IMG/VR virus record: IMGVR_UViG_3300025133_008129
Length of the DNA: 64,000 nt
Direction: 5' to 3' (one strand)
Source of the DNA: an uncultured virus (IMG/VR IMGVR_UViG_3300025133_008129)
Lineage: Duplodnaviria > Heunggongvirae > Uroviricota > Caudoviricetes
Both the position numbers and the translations under genes were made by a program. Shown here in pieces: positions 8,689-18,117 of the stretch. Position 1 is the first letter of the stretch, and each line of letters opens with the position of its first letter. The notes under the pieces were generated by a model. It did no database searches and was not told where the DNA came from. It saw only the letters and a list, made by a program, of their open reading frames with translations.

Positions 8689-9091
8689 GAGAAAATACCT
8701 ACCCACACTATCAGAATTGATAGACCGATTATCGATCGCGCAACTTAAGGAGGTCTTTATACCGGACCATAAAGAAGAGTATGCGAGCGAAATATCAGAC
8801 ATTTTACATGATATAGACTTGACGCTTAAGGAAAAGGATGTTATACTAGATAGTAGAGCAATTAGAGCCCTCGTAGTATTATCACAAATGAACTTACACA
8901 TTTGGCACAATGAGACAAACTATCGCAAGGGAATAAGTGAAGGAAACGACCTGGAGCTAACCCATGGTCTAAATGGTATTAGAAACACAGCAAAGAATAG
9001 GATTCAAGAGTTGTCTGGCGGCAGAAAAGACTATAAAATTGATTGTTTAGCAGCCGATTTTAAGGATTGGGAGATTAGTTGGGATGAATAA
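8681..9091 (+). CDS. conserved helical hypothetical protein of glycan clusters (DUF4254/DUF6165-like)
   Basis: LSELIDRLSIAQLK and N..IWH.E..R..N..R..K motif pattern. Confidence 0.6.
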   Translation: MSERKYLPTLSELIDRLSIAQLKEVFIPDHKEEYASEISDILHDIDLTLKEKDVILDSRAIRALVVLSQMNLHIWHNETNYRKGISEGNDLELTHGLNGIRNTAKNRIQELSGGRKDYKIDCLAADFKDWEISWDE

Positions 9092-9386
9092 AGATTTAAC
9101 ATTCAAAGAATATTATGAATATTATCTGACACTTCATAAAGATCCACGAACCCGACGCTTACATATACTTGGCCAGGCCGCTACAATCGTATATGTCGCT
9201 GGTATCATTTATACAAGTCTCTGGCCCCTACTATTAGCTGCCCCTTTCGTTGTTTATCCATTTGCGTGGTCAGGCCACTTCTTTTTCGAAAAGAACACAC
9301 CAGCCGCCTTTACGCGCCCAATTTGGGCAAAAGCATGCGACTGGGTTATGCTTAAAGACACAATTACAGGAAAAATAGAACTATGA
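9084..9386 (+). CDS. DUF962/Mpo1-like membrane protein
   Basis: YL-LH..R-LH..G and Y-FAW-GHFFFEKN-PA-F motifs. Confidence 0.85.
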   Translation: MNKDLTFKEYYEYYLTLHKDPRTRRLHILGQAATIVYVAGIIYTSLWPLLLAAPFVVYPFAWSGHFFFEKNTPAAFTRPIWAKACDWVMLKDTITGKIEL

Positions 9387-10312
9387 ACATTTTAATTACC
9401 GGTGGCGCCGGATACATCGGCAGTGAATTAACACAATATCTCTTAGACGATGGGCACAAGGTAGTTGCATATGATAATTTAATGTACGATCCCACATCGT
9501 TACTGAGATATACAAACAACCCTAATTTCTCTTTTGTAAAAGGAGATGTTAGGAACCTTGAGTTACTAAAGAAATATACCGAGAAAGCTGATATTATAAT
9601 CCCCTTAGCTGCTTTAGTTGGGTTTCCTTTATGTGATAAAGATGTCCGTGGGGCGCACGAAATTAACCATGAGGTAAATGCTTGGATTGCAAAAAACAAA
9701 TCCGTGGATCAATTAGTTATCTATCCGTGTACCAACTCTGGATATGGAACGAGTGCTGATGGCTCCGTGGTCACTGAAGAATCACCCTTAAATCCTGTGT
9801 CTTTATACGGCAGAACAAAAGTAGCAGGTGAGCGTGAATATAGGAGCGTTGAAAACCATGTTACCTTTAGACTAGCTACAGTATTCGGCCCCGGATCTAG
9901 AATGAGAACCGACCTGCTGGTTAATAACTTTGTTCTTAAAGCGCTTAGAGAGCGCGTGTTGGTTCTCTACGAATGTGAATTTATGAGAAACTACGGACAT
10001 CTCCAAGATGTGTGCCGCGCTTTTAGGTGGGTTATTAACAATTGGGAAGTTGTCAAAAACGACACATATAATGTGGGTAACGACTCTCTCAATATGAACA
10101 AGCTTCAATTAGCACAAAAGATTCAAGAGCATCTTCCGCTAGAAATTATTAAAGCAGAATTCAACACCGATCCAGACACCCGCGATTATACAGTCAGCAG
10201 TCAGAAGTTTTATGATACAGGCTTTGAGTGTAAATATGATTTAGACGATGGAATTAAGCAGCTTATCACGGCATATAGTATTATTGAATCTCCGTGGTAC
10301 GCAAATTACTAG
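9383..10312 (+). CDS. NAD-dependent NDP-sugar epimerase/dehydratase (extended SDR)
   Basis: ITGGAGYIGS, YGRTK, RLATVFG, R-DLLVN-F. Confidence 0.92.
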   Translation: MNILITGGAGYIGSELTQYLLDDGHKVVAYDNLMYDPTSLLRYTNNPNFSFVKGDVRNLELLKKYTEKADIIIPLAALVGFPLCDKDVRGAHEINHEVNAWIAKNKSVDQLVIYPCTNSGYGTSADGSVVTEESPLNPVSLYGRTKVAGEREYRSVENHVTFRLATVFGPGSRMRTDLLVNNFVLKALRERVLVLYECEFMRNYGHLQDVCRAFRWVINNWEVVKNDTYNVGNDSLNMNKLQLAQKIQEHLPLEIIKAEFNTDPDTRDYTVSSQKFYDTGFECKYDLDDGIKQLITAYSIIESPWYANY

Positions 10313-10319
10313 GAAAATT

Positions 10320-11831
10320 ATGAGTAAAAAATTAGACGTCTTGTTCGTACATCCAAATGGTGCTCCTATCATTTATCAAGAACTGTCAAAGACATACTCA
10401 GCGATAGAACCCCCCATTTGGGCAGCTTTATTAGCTAACAATGCCCGGGCCAACGGGTGGAATACTCAGCTAATTGATTGTGAAGCAGAACAATTGAATG
10501 CTTCAGAATCAGCAGAAGTAATAGGATCCTACAACCCAAAATTAGTTGCAATTGTAATCTATGGCCAACAGCCATCAGCCTCCACACAAAATATGGCCGG
10601 CACCCGAGCGCTCTTGGCAGAGATTCGGGCGTCACATGGCCATCTTAAAACTGTATTAATAGGTTTGCACCCATCAGCAGTATCTCGTCAAACATTATCA
10701 GAGGAACAAACTGACTTTGTATGCCAGGGGGAAGGCGTGCACACGGTTAATGCTTTGTTGAGTATCAATATGAATGATACCTCTCAATTGGCAACTGTGC
10801 CGGGTCTATGGTATCGAGAAGACGGCAAAATTAGATGTACTAAACCAGCCCCAATTATTGCTCAAGAAGCTTTAGAAAAAGAACTTCCAGGTATGGCGTG
10901 GGACTTGTTGCCTATGGACAAATATCGAACTTCTAACTGGCATGCAATGACGAATGGGAATGATAGAACGCCGTTTGCTTCTTTATATACTAGTTTGGGT
11001 TGTCCATTTCGTTGTAGCTTCTGCTGTATCAACGCCCCATTCGGAAACAATAATTTAGAGAATTGGGACACCGCCCGCAATAAGTTCAGATATTGGGATC
11101 CGGAATACATTATAAAGGAATTCGATCAGTTTCACAAGATGGGGATCCGCAATATAAAAATAGCAGATGAAATGTTCGTCTTATATAAAGATCACTTTAT
11201 GAAGCTATGTGAATTAATACATGAGAGGGGATACGACTTCAACATCTGGGCCTATTCCAGAATAGATACAGTTAAAGAAGAATATTTAGAGACACTCAAA
11301 AAAGCAGGGGTTAATTGGTTAGCTCTAGGAATAGAATCAGGAAACACGGCAGTTAGAAAAGATGTAACAAAGGGAAAATTTACGGATGTAAATATACGTG
11401 ATTTAGTTGATAGAGTACAAGATGCTGGTATTAGTGTAATAGGAAATTATATATTTGGGCTACCCGAAGATACGATCGAAACAATGGAAGACACCTTATC
11501 TCTATCAATGGAATTAAATTGTGAATTTTCAAATTATTATTCGGCCATGGCATACCCTGGATCAAAATTATATTTAGAAGCCTTAAAAGAAGGGTGGGAA
11601 TTACCCGACACCTATGTGGGCTATTCACAACATTCGTATGAAACTCAGCCACTCCCTACTAATCATATCTCAGCAGCTGAAGTATTAAAATTTAGAGATG
11701 AATCTTTCTTAAAATACTATAAAAATCCAAAGTATCTTGATATGATAGAGGAGAAATTTGGAAACGAGACCCGCAACGGTATTGAAGAAATGACTAAAAT
11801 TAAACTAAAAAGAAAAATCTTAGGAGATTAA
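10320..11831 (+). CDS. cobalamin-binding radical SAM enzyme (class B methyltransferase-like)
   Basis: N-terminal B12-binding region (G-HPS, GEG), CPFRCSFC motif, GIESG, GNYIFGLP-DT, YPGS-LY. Confidence 0.92.
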   Translation: MSKKLDVLFVHPNGAPIIYQELSKTYSAIEPPIWAALLANNARANGWNTQLIDCEAEQLNASESAEVIGSYNPKLVAIVIYGQQPSASTQNMAGTRALLAEIRASHGHLKTVLIGLHPSAVSRQTLSEEQTDFVCQGEGVHTVNALLSINMNDTSQLATVPGLWYREDGKIRCTKPAPIIAQEALEKELPGMAWDLLPMDKYRTSNWHAMTNGNDRTPFASLYTSLGCPFRCSFCCINAPFGNNNLENWDTARNKFRYWDPEYIIKEFDQFHKMGIRNIKIADEMFVLYKDHFMKLCELIHERGYDFNIWAYSRIDTVKEEYLETLKKAGVNWLALGIESGNTAVRKDVTKGKFTDVNIRDLVDRVQDAGISVIGNYIFGLPEDTIETMEDTLSLSMELNCEFSNYYSAMAYPGSKLYLEALKEGWELPDTYVGYSQHSYETQPLPTNHISAAEVLKFRDESFLKYYKNPKYLDMIEEKFGNETRNGIEEMTKIKLKRKILGD

Positions 11832-12443
11832 ATGCTAACAAAAGAGGAATTAATACAGTTTGAAACCAAAATGGCGACATGCTTCGATGACGCCATGATT
11901 CGCGCACCGGTCCATCTTTATAACGGAAATGAAGATGAAATAATAAAAGTGTTTAAGGATAATGACATTGGACCCGAAGATTGGGTTTTGTGTTCTTGGA
12001 GAAGCCACTATCAATGCTTACTTAAGGGTGTTCCCCAAGATGAGCTTAAAGCGGCAATTTTGCAAGGACGCTCTATCTCGCTTTGTTTTGCAAAATATCG
12101 TGTCCTCTCATCCGGCATTGTGACTGGAGTTCTTCCAATCGCCACCGGAATCGCTCTGGACATCAAGCGAACAGCCGGAAAGAACAAGGTCTATTGTTTT
12201 ATGGGCGAAATGACTTCTGAAACGGGTGTTGCTCATGAGTGTATTAAATACGCGCGCAATCATGAGCTTCCGATTCATTTTATTGTTGAGGACAATGGAA
12301 AGTCAGTATGCACTGATACTCGGGCCACTTGGGCTATGGACAAACTTACTTACGAAGATGTAAATGATGAGTACATTACCTATTACAAATATAAATTAGA
12401 TAAATACCCGCACGCTGGTGCCGGAAAGAGAGTACAATTCTGA
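11832..12443 (+). CDS. TPP-dependent dehydrogenase E1 alpha-like subunit (short)
   Basis: PVHL..GNE, SWRSHY, S-GIV, TPP-binding-like GEMT..(x)..EDN. Confidence 0.85.
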   Translation: MLTKEELIQFETKMATCFDDAMIRAPVHLYNGNEDEIIKVFKDNDIGPEDWVLCSWRSHYQCLLKGVPQDELKAAILQGRSISLCFAKYRVLSSGIVTGVLPIATGIALDIKRTAGKNKVYCFMGEMTSETGVAHECIKYARNHELPIHFIVEDNGKSVCTDTRATWAMDKLTYEDVNDEYITYYKYKLDKYPHAGAGKRVQF

Positions 12444-12982
12444 TGGGAGCTTATTTTGATGAATTAAAAAGAGCGATGACTTATCTTGGCGAACAAGAAG
12501 ATACATTGTTTATAGGCCAGGCGGTCGCTTACAAGGGTACAGCGATGACTAATACATTGTCAGATATTGATCGAGAGAAGTTGATTGAAATGCCCGTCGA
12601 CGAAGAAATGCAGATGGGAATTACCACCGGTCTGGCTGTTAATGGCACCGTGCCAGTTAGCATTTACCCACGGTGGAATTTTATATTGTGCGCAGTTAAT
12701 CAACTGGTTAATCATTTGGATAGAATGAAAGAGTTTTCCCATGGAGAATATATCCCAAAGGCAATCATTCGCGTGGGGATTGGTTCTGTACGACCCCTAA
12801 ATCCACAAGTGCAACATACGGGCGATTTCACCCAGGTGTTTAGAGGGATGCTCCGCAACATAGAGGTTATCAGATGTGAAGAGCCAGAAGACGTCTTTCC
12901 AGCTTACTACAAAGCATACAATCGAAGAGATGGGAAAAGTACTATAGTCGTAGAATATGGAGACTATTATGGAGAAAAGTAA
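12443..12982 (+). CDS. TPP-dependent dehydrogenase E1 beta-like subunit (pyrimidine-binding domain only)
   Basis: E-PV-EE-QMG..GLA, NQLVNH, IIRV-IG, QH; no C-terminal transketolase-like domain. Confidence 0.85.
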   Translation: MGAYFDELKRAMTYLGEQEDTLFIGQAVAYKGTAMTNTLSDIDREKLIEMPVDEEMQMGITTGLAVNGTVPVSIYPRWNFILCAVNQLVNHLDRMKEFSHGEYIPKAIIRVGIGSVRPLNPQVQHTGDFTQVFRGMLRNIEVIRCEEPEDVFPAYYKAYNRRDGKSTIVVEYGDYYGEK

Positions 12983-13928
12983 TCTTAAGGTCTTGTTCAT
13001 AACAGAGAAATATTGTGATGCCGATCCACAAAAAGGTTTGACTAACAATTATCACAACTTGTTTAGAACTTTTAAGAATACACTCCCAGAAGCAAATTTT
13101 AGTATCATTCATATAGATGAATACTCTATAGTCAAGAAAAAACACATCGATAGTTTTATACCAACTGCTGTAGATAAGGTTTCACCGGATGTAGTTATTT
13201 TTTCGCTTCTTGGAAAATCACACTTGAATCCGACTGATGACAGTTATGAATACATTAAGAGTAAGGGCTGCAAAACAGTCTTCATGTGGCCGGATGTATT
13301 TGCAGGGTGGGGAATCCCAGAGATTGAGGAAATGAATGAGAAGGGTTTCGCTGATTTACATGTGTGTTGGGGATCTGAAAGAAATACTAATAAACAATAC
13401 GATAATTTAATTTGGCTCTGGGCTCCTCAAGACGAAACTCTTTACCACCCAATCGATTCATCCGAAAAAAGTATAAATACTAGTTTCTTGGGCAGCCCAA
13501 GATATGAAGAAAGACAAAGATATTTGACTCATTTGATAACTAATAAAATTCAAGTACATATAGGCGGAGGACAGAGAGAAGAAGGATTGTCAGCATCCCG
13601 GTATGCTGAATTAATGAGACATAGCAAAATTAGTTTGAACTTTCCAGGAGGCCCAGAGGGCAATGACCAATGCAAAGGAAGGGTCTGGGAAGTTTTGGCA
13701 ACAAAGTCTCTTTTATTGGAAAGAACAAACGATGCAATAAAAAACTATCTAATACCAAATGTACATTACGTCGAATTTGACAACGAGCAAGACCTAATAG
13801 AGAAAATTAAGTACTACTTGGAAAACGAAAAAGAAAGAGAGTATATCGCTCAAAAGGGCTATGAGATTTATAAGGACAAATATAATGCAGAAGTATTCTG
13901 GAACACAATTATGGAGAGGTTAGGATGA
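12969..13928 (+). CDS. glycosyltransferase (CgeB/Glyco_trans_1_2-like)
   Basis: SFLGS..R, SKISLNF, KGRVWEV, L-EKIKYYL..ER..IA..G. Confidence 0.85.
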   Translation: MEKSNLKVLFITEKYCDADPQKGLTNNYHNLFRTFKNTLPEANFSIIHIDEYSIVKKKHIDSFIPTAVDKVSPDVVIFSLLGKSHLNPTDDSYEYIKSKGCKTVFMWPDVFAGWGIPEIEEMNEKGFADLHVCWGSERNTNKQYDNLIWLWAPQDETLYHPIDSSEKSINTSFLGSPRYEERQRYLTHLITNKIQVHIGGGQREEGLSASRYAELMRHSKISLNFPGGPEGNDQCKGRVWEVLATKSLLLERTNDAIKNYLIPNVHYVEFDNEQDLIEKIKYYLENEKEREYIAQKGYEIYKDKYNAEVFWNTIMERLG

Positions 13929-14764
13929 GTTATAAATATGATGTATCTATTCTTATGCCGGCAATCAGAACACACCAATGGTTGATGCTATATGGAAGCT
14001 TATACAACGCATGTAGAGAACATTCGTGGGAGTTGGTTTTAGTTAGCCCGTTTGATTTACCACCAGAGATGACACATTTTGATAATGTTAAGTTAATTAA
14101 AGACTACGGCGCCCCAACCCGGGCTGCACAAATTGGTGCTATACAGTGTGAGGGTGAATTCATGTATCACTGTGTTGATGATGCAATATTCCTCCCGGAT
14201 GTAATTGATGGCGCCATAAAATTTTTAAGAGAACAAAATAATAAAAAACTTGTTGTCAATATGAGATATAGAGAAGGCGCCCAGTATGGCGGTGGTACCT
14301 TACCAAGACAATTTTGGTTAGCCCACTATCACGAAGAACTAAGGCTAGCCGGTATTCCAAAAGATTATAAGATTTCGTGCCACCACTTTATGAGAATGGA
14401 TTATTTTAAAGAGTTAGGCGGTTGGGACTGCAAATATGAATATATTAATCACCCATTGCATGACCTTATGTTTAGGGTACAAGCCGACGGCGGCAAGTTA
14501 GTCGATTCACCCATGGACGCCACAACTTGCAACCACTATATTAACAAGACCGGCGACCACGCCCCAATTTATGATGCACAAACCTTTAGTGACAAACCAG
14601 TGTTTGATGCAATTTACTCTCAACCCGGCAATGCCGCCGCCAGTAGAATACATATTGATTTAAATAACTGGCAACAATCCTCCCCTATATGGAAACGTAG
14701 ATTCAAATATGATGAAGAAGGTAACTTGCCTGAAAGTTATGATGACTTAGGATATAACAAATGA
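13925..14764 (+). CDS. GT-A (GT2-like) glycosyltransferase, paralog 1
   Basis: SILMPAIR, CVDD (DxD-like), ELGGWDC-YE, DL-FR. Confidence 0.8.
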   Translation: MSYKYDVSILMPAIRTHQWLMLYGSLYNACREHSWELVLVSPFDLPPEMTHFDNVKLIKDYGAPTRAAQIGAIQCEGEFMYHCVDDAIFLPDVIDGAIKFLREQNNKKLVVNMRYREGAQYGGGTLPRQFWLAHYHEELRLAGIPKDYKISCHHFMRMDYFKELGGWDCKYEYINHPLHDLMFRVQADGGKLVDSPMDATTCNHYINKTGDHAPIYDAQTFSDKPVFDAIYSQPGNAAASRIHIDLNNWQQSSPIWKRRFKYDEEGNLPESYDDLGYNK

Positions 14765-15546
14765 AAGTAGGAATTGTTGGAGTAGGCGTAGTCGGCGCGG
14801 CTTGCAAATTTGGATTTGAATTGGTTGGACATAACGTTTCAATCCACGATATAATTTATGATACGACACTAACAGATGTACTAGACACAGAAATCGTCTA
14901 TATATGCGTTCCTACCCCTCAAGCAGAGGATGGAGCATGTGACGTCAGTATAGTCCGCGAAGTCGTTCTAGGGCTAAAAGAACGCGGCTATAATGGTATT
15001 GTAGCCCTCAAGTCGACGGTTGTGCCTGGAACCACTCAATCGCTGCGAGAAGAAACGGGCCTGAATGTCTGTTTCGTACCAGAGTTTTTGCGAGAGCGCT
15101 GCGCCATCACTGACTTCACAGAGAACCATGATGTTTGTATAATAGGCTGCAGCGACGATAAAACATATGAGCTTATTAAAAGCTGTCATGAGCCGCTACC
15201 AGAAAAGTTTGTTAAACTGACACATGCGGAAGCAGAATTTTGTAAGTATTTCAACAATGTATACAATGCGATGTTGATTATTTTTGCTAATAGTTTTTAT
15301 GAGGCTTGTAAGAATAATGGTGTTAATTATACGAATGTTAAAAACGCTGTGTCAAATAGAAAGCATATCCACGGCCACTACCTTGAGTGTAATGACAACT
15401 TCCGCGGTTTTGGCGGTATGTGTTTACCAAAAGATGTGTCAGCAATGGCAAAACTAATGGAAAGCACCACTGTTGATTTCTTTGAAGATCTTTTAGACGA
15501 AAATAGCAAATATAATATTACAGTGTTTGAAGGAATGAGAAAATGA
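14761..15546 (+). CDS. ugd: UDP-glucose/GDP-mannose 6-dehydrogenase family, lacking the C-terminal domain
   Basis: GVGVVG, ICVPTP, KSTV-PGTT, PEFLRE, catalytic GFGGMCLPKD; only 261 aa. Confidence 0.88.
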   Translation: MKVGIVGVGVVGAACKFGFELVGHNVSIHDIIYDTTLTDVLDTEIVYICVPTPQAEDGACDVSIVREVVLGLKERGYNGIVALKSTVVPGTTQSLREETGLNVCFVPEFLRERCAITDFTENHDVCIIGCSDDKTYELIKSCHEPLPEKFVKLTHAEAEFCKYFNNVYNAMLIIFANSFYEACKNNGVNYTNVKNAVSNRKHIHGHYLECNDNFRGFGGMCLPKDVSAMAKLMESTTVDFFEDLLDENSKYNITVFEGMRK

Positions 15547-16556
15547 AAAAGGTTTTAATTACAGGTAGCCAAGGTTTTATTGGCTCATATCTATGTACCG
15601 AATATTTGGACAAGGGGTATCAAGTTGTCGGCATTGATAACTTTTCAAAATACGGCCCAATCTCCCGCCCCCATGATAACCATGTAAATTTCGAACTAAT
15701 TGAGATGGACATAATCGATGTAAAAACATCAGAGATTCCACCGACTCTAAAAGATGTAGATTACATTATTGCGGGTGCTGCTATGATCGGTGGTATTACA
15801 TACTTTCACAAATATGCTTATGATCTGTTGGCAACAAATGAAAGAATTTTAGCCTCTACATTTGATCTAGCGATAAAGCTCAACAAATTTCATAGTTTGA
15901 GACGAATCGTAGTATTGTCTAGTAGCATGGTTTTTGAGAATACAACTGTATATCCAACTCCAGAGAGTGAAATTAAGACATGTGCCCCACCGCTAAGTAC
16001 ATACGGGTTTCAAAAATTAGCCGTTGAATATTTTTGTAAAGGAGCCTACGAACAATACAAACTACCTTATACAATAATACGTCCTTTTAATTGTGTTGGT
16101 GTTGGAGAGGAAGACGCCATTGGAGAACATGAAGTTAAATCTGGAAACATTAAACTCATGATGAGTCATGTCCTGCCGGATATCGTTAATAAAATTATGA
16201 AGGGACAAAACCCTTTACATATCCTTGGTTCAGGCGAACAGATACGCTGTTACACAAATGGAAAAGACATCGCCCGAGGAATACGGATGTGCATGGAAAG
16301 TTCAGCCGCGATAAACGAGGATTTCAATATCTCAATATCTCAACCAACATCAGTAATAGAGTTAGCTAAGGTAGCGTGGGGCATTTTAAACCCAGGAAAA
16401 GAATTCACGTTTGTTTCCGATAAAGCATATGAATATGATGTGCAAAGACGTATCCCAGATACCAGTAAAGCAAAAGAAATGTTAGGGTTTGAGGCACAGA
16501 TTGGTCTGATAGAATCTGTACGAGAGGTTATAGAGTATATGAGAGGCAGAGCATGA
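15543..16556 (+). CDS. NAD-dependent NDP-sugar epimerase/decarboxylase (extended SDR)
   Basis: ITGSQGFIGS, SSSMV, YGFQK, RPFN-VG, G-G-Q-R, R-PD. Confidence 0.9.
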   Translation: MKKVLITGSQGFIGSYLCTEYLDKGYQVVGIDNFSKYGPISRPHDNHVNFELIEMDIIDVKTSEIPPTLKDVDYIIAGAAMIGGITYFHKYAYDLLATNERILASTFDLAIKLNKFHSLRRIVVLSSSMVFENTTVYPTPESEIKTCAPPLSTYGFQKLAVEYFCKGAYEQYKLPYTIIRPFNCVGVGEEDAIGEHEVKSGNIKLMMSHVLPDIVNKIMKGQNPLHILGSGEQIRCYTNGKDIARGIRMCMESSAAINEDFNISISQPTSVIELAKVAWGILNPGKEFTFVSDKAYEYDVQRRIPDTSKAKEMLGFEAQIGLIESVREVIEYMRGRA

Positions 16557-17341
16557 GTAAACCAGAAATATCACTTATATTGCCGAGCATTAGAACAGAA
16601 CGATTACCAAAATTATATGAATCAATCCTTAGTTCAACCAGTCACGACTTTGAGTTAATAGTATGCGGCCCTAATCCATTACCAGAGGAGCTAAAAGAAG
16701 AAAAAAATGTCAAATACGTAAAGGATTATGGCTCACCAGTCCGTGCATCTAATATAGCTGCTTCTCTATGCGAAGGAGAAATATATACTTGGTTGGCAGA
16801 TGACTGTCTATTTTTTGAAAATTCACTTGACACATGTATAGAAGCATATTATAATATGGGTGCGGCTAAAAACAACGTCCTCGTTGCAAAGTATTTCGAA
16901 GGACAAAGCGGCTCCCTCGAACGGAGTACATTACAACCAGATAGCTATTTTAGAATTAATGGCACCCCCGCAGCTTCAGAACACATTCCAAATGACTGGT
17001 GGTTATTTAATATAGCTTTTATGAGATCTAATTTTTTTAATGAACTGGGTGGATGGGATTGTTCGTACGAGGGAACATGGGCCTCCCATGCTGACATGGC
17101 CATTAGAGCCCAATATCTTGGCGCCAACGTCAAGATGGCAGATATCCCATTATTTGAGTGTGACCACATGCCTGGCGGCACCGGAGACCACATGCCAATC
17201 TTTATTTGCCAACATGAACATGACGAGCCACTACTACAACAAAGATACAGAGATCCAAACTGGACTGTTAATATAAATCCAAAACTTAAACTAGAAAACT
17301 GGAAAAACGCACCTGCAGTGTGGAAGAGGAGATTCAAATAA
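16553..17341 (+). CDS. GT-A (GT2-like) glycosyltransferase, paralog 2
   Basis: SLILPSIR, LADD, ELGGWDC-YE, GDH-P, WKRRF shared with 13925 and 17341. Confidence 0.8.
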   Translation: MSKPEISLILPSIRTERLPKLYESILSSTSHDFELIVCGPNPLPEELKEEKNVKYVKDYGSPVRASNIAASLCEGEIYTWLADDCLFFENSLDTCIEAYYNMGAAKNNVLVAKYFEGQSGSLERSTLQPDSYFRINGTPAASEHIPNDWWLFNIAFMRSNFFNELGGWDCSYEGTWASHADMAIRAQYLGANVKMADIPLFECDHMPGGTGDHMPIFICQHEHDEPLLQQRYRDPNWTVNINPKLKLENWKNAPAVWKRRFK

Positions 17342-18117
17342 TGCATTACGACCTATCAATTTGCTTACCTGCCCATAGAACACATCTATGGAAAAGGTTA
17401 TATGATACTGCAGCTGAAGCTGTTGGTCCAAATCATACTTGGGAAATGATCTTAGTCGGCCCCAATGAACCACCAGAAGAGCTAGCTAAGAAGAATAACT
17501 TTAAATTTTTTAAAGATTACGGTACTCCATCTCGTTGCGCTCAAATAGCAACAACTTTAGCTGAAGGAGAACTAATGATGTGGGGCTCGGATGATGGATA
17601 TTTTCTTAAGGATTCAATTGGTGAATGTATTGAAATACATAAAAATCTACCATTTAAGGATGCGATAATTATAAAATATGCAGAAGGTCGTGATATTAGC
17701 GGAAAATGTCCCGAAGATAGCTATTGGACTGCCTGGACTCACCCGGACTTACGTTTGCCAGGAGTTCCAAAAGACTATAAAATAACTCTTTTAGCAATGT
17801 ATAAATTAGAATATTTTAGAGAATTAGGTGGCTGGGATTGTAGGTTTGAACATTTAAATATGAATACACATGATTTATCCTTTAGGGCTCAGCGAAATGG
17901 AAGTAAAATACACTTCTCTCCAAACCTCGTCCTAACATGTGATTGGAACCCAAATGAGGGCGACCATATACCAGTGCAACAAGCTTATCATGCCAATGAC
18001 GCACCCCTGTTTAGGAATATGTATATGCAAGATCAATCGGAAAGAATCAAAATTGATTACTTTAATTGGGCTAAAAGCCCACCGGTTTGGAAAAGAAGAT
18101 TCGGAGAAGAAAAATGA
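17341..18117 (+). CDS. GT-A (GT2-like) glycosyltransferase, paralog 3
   Basis: SICLPAHR, GSDD, ELGGWDC-FE, GDH-P, WKRRF. Confidence 0.8.
   Translation: MHYDLSICLPAHRTHLWKRLYDTAAEAVGPNHTWEMILVGPNEPPEELAKKNNFKFFKDYGTPSRCAQIATTLAEGELMMWGSDDGYFLKDSIGECIEIHKNLPFKDAIIIKYAEGRDISGKCPEDSYWTAWTHPDLRLPGVPKDYKITLLAMYKLEYFRELGGWDCRFEHLNMNTHDLSFRAQRNGSKIHFSPNLVLTCDWNPNEGDHIPVQQAYHANDAPLFRNMYMQDQSERIKIDYFNWAKSPPVWKRRFGEEK

Noticed and set aside
11832..12982. Pyruvate dehydrogenase as an auxiliary metabolic gene
   Set aside because: The subunits are too short, E2/E3 are absent, and the pair sits within NDP-sugar genes.
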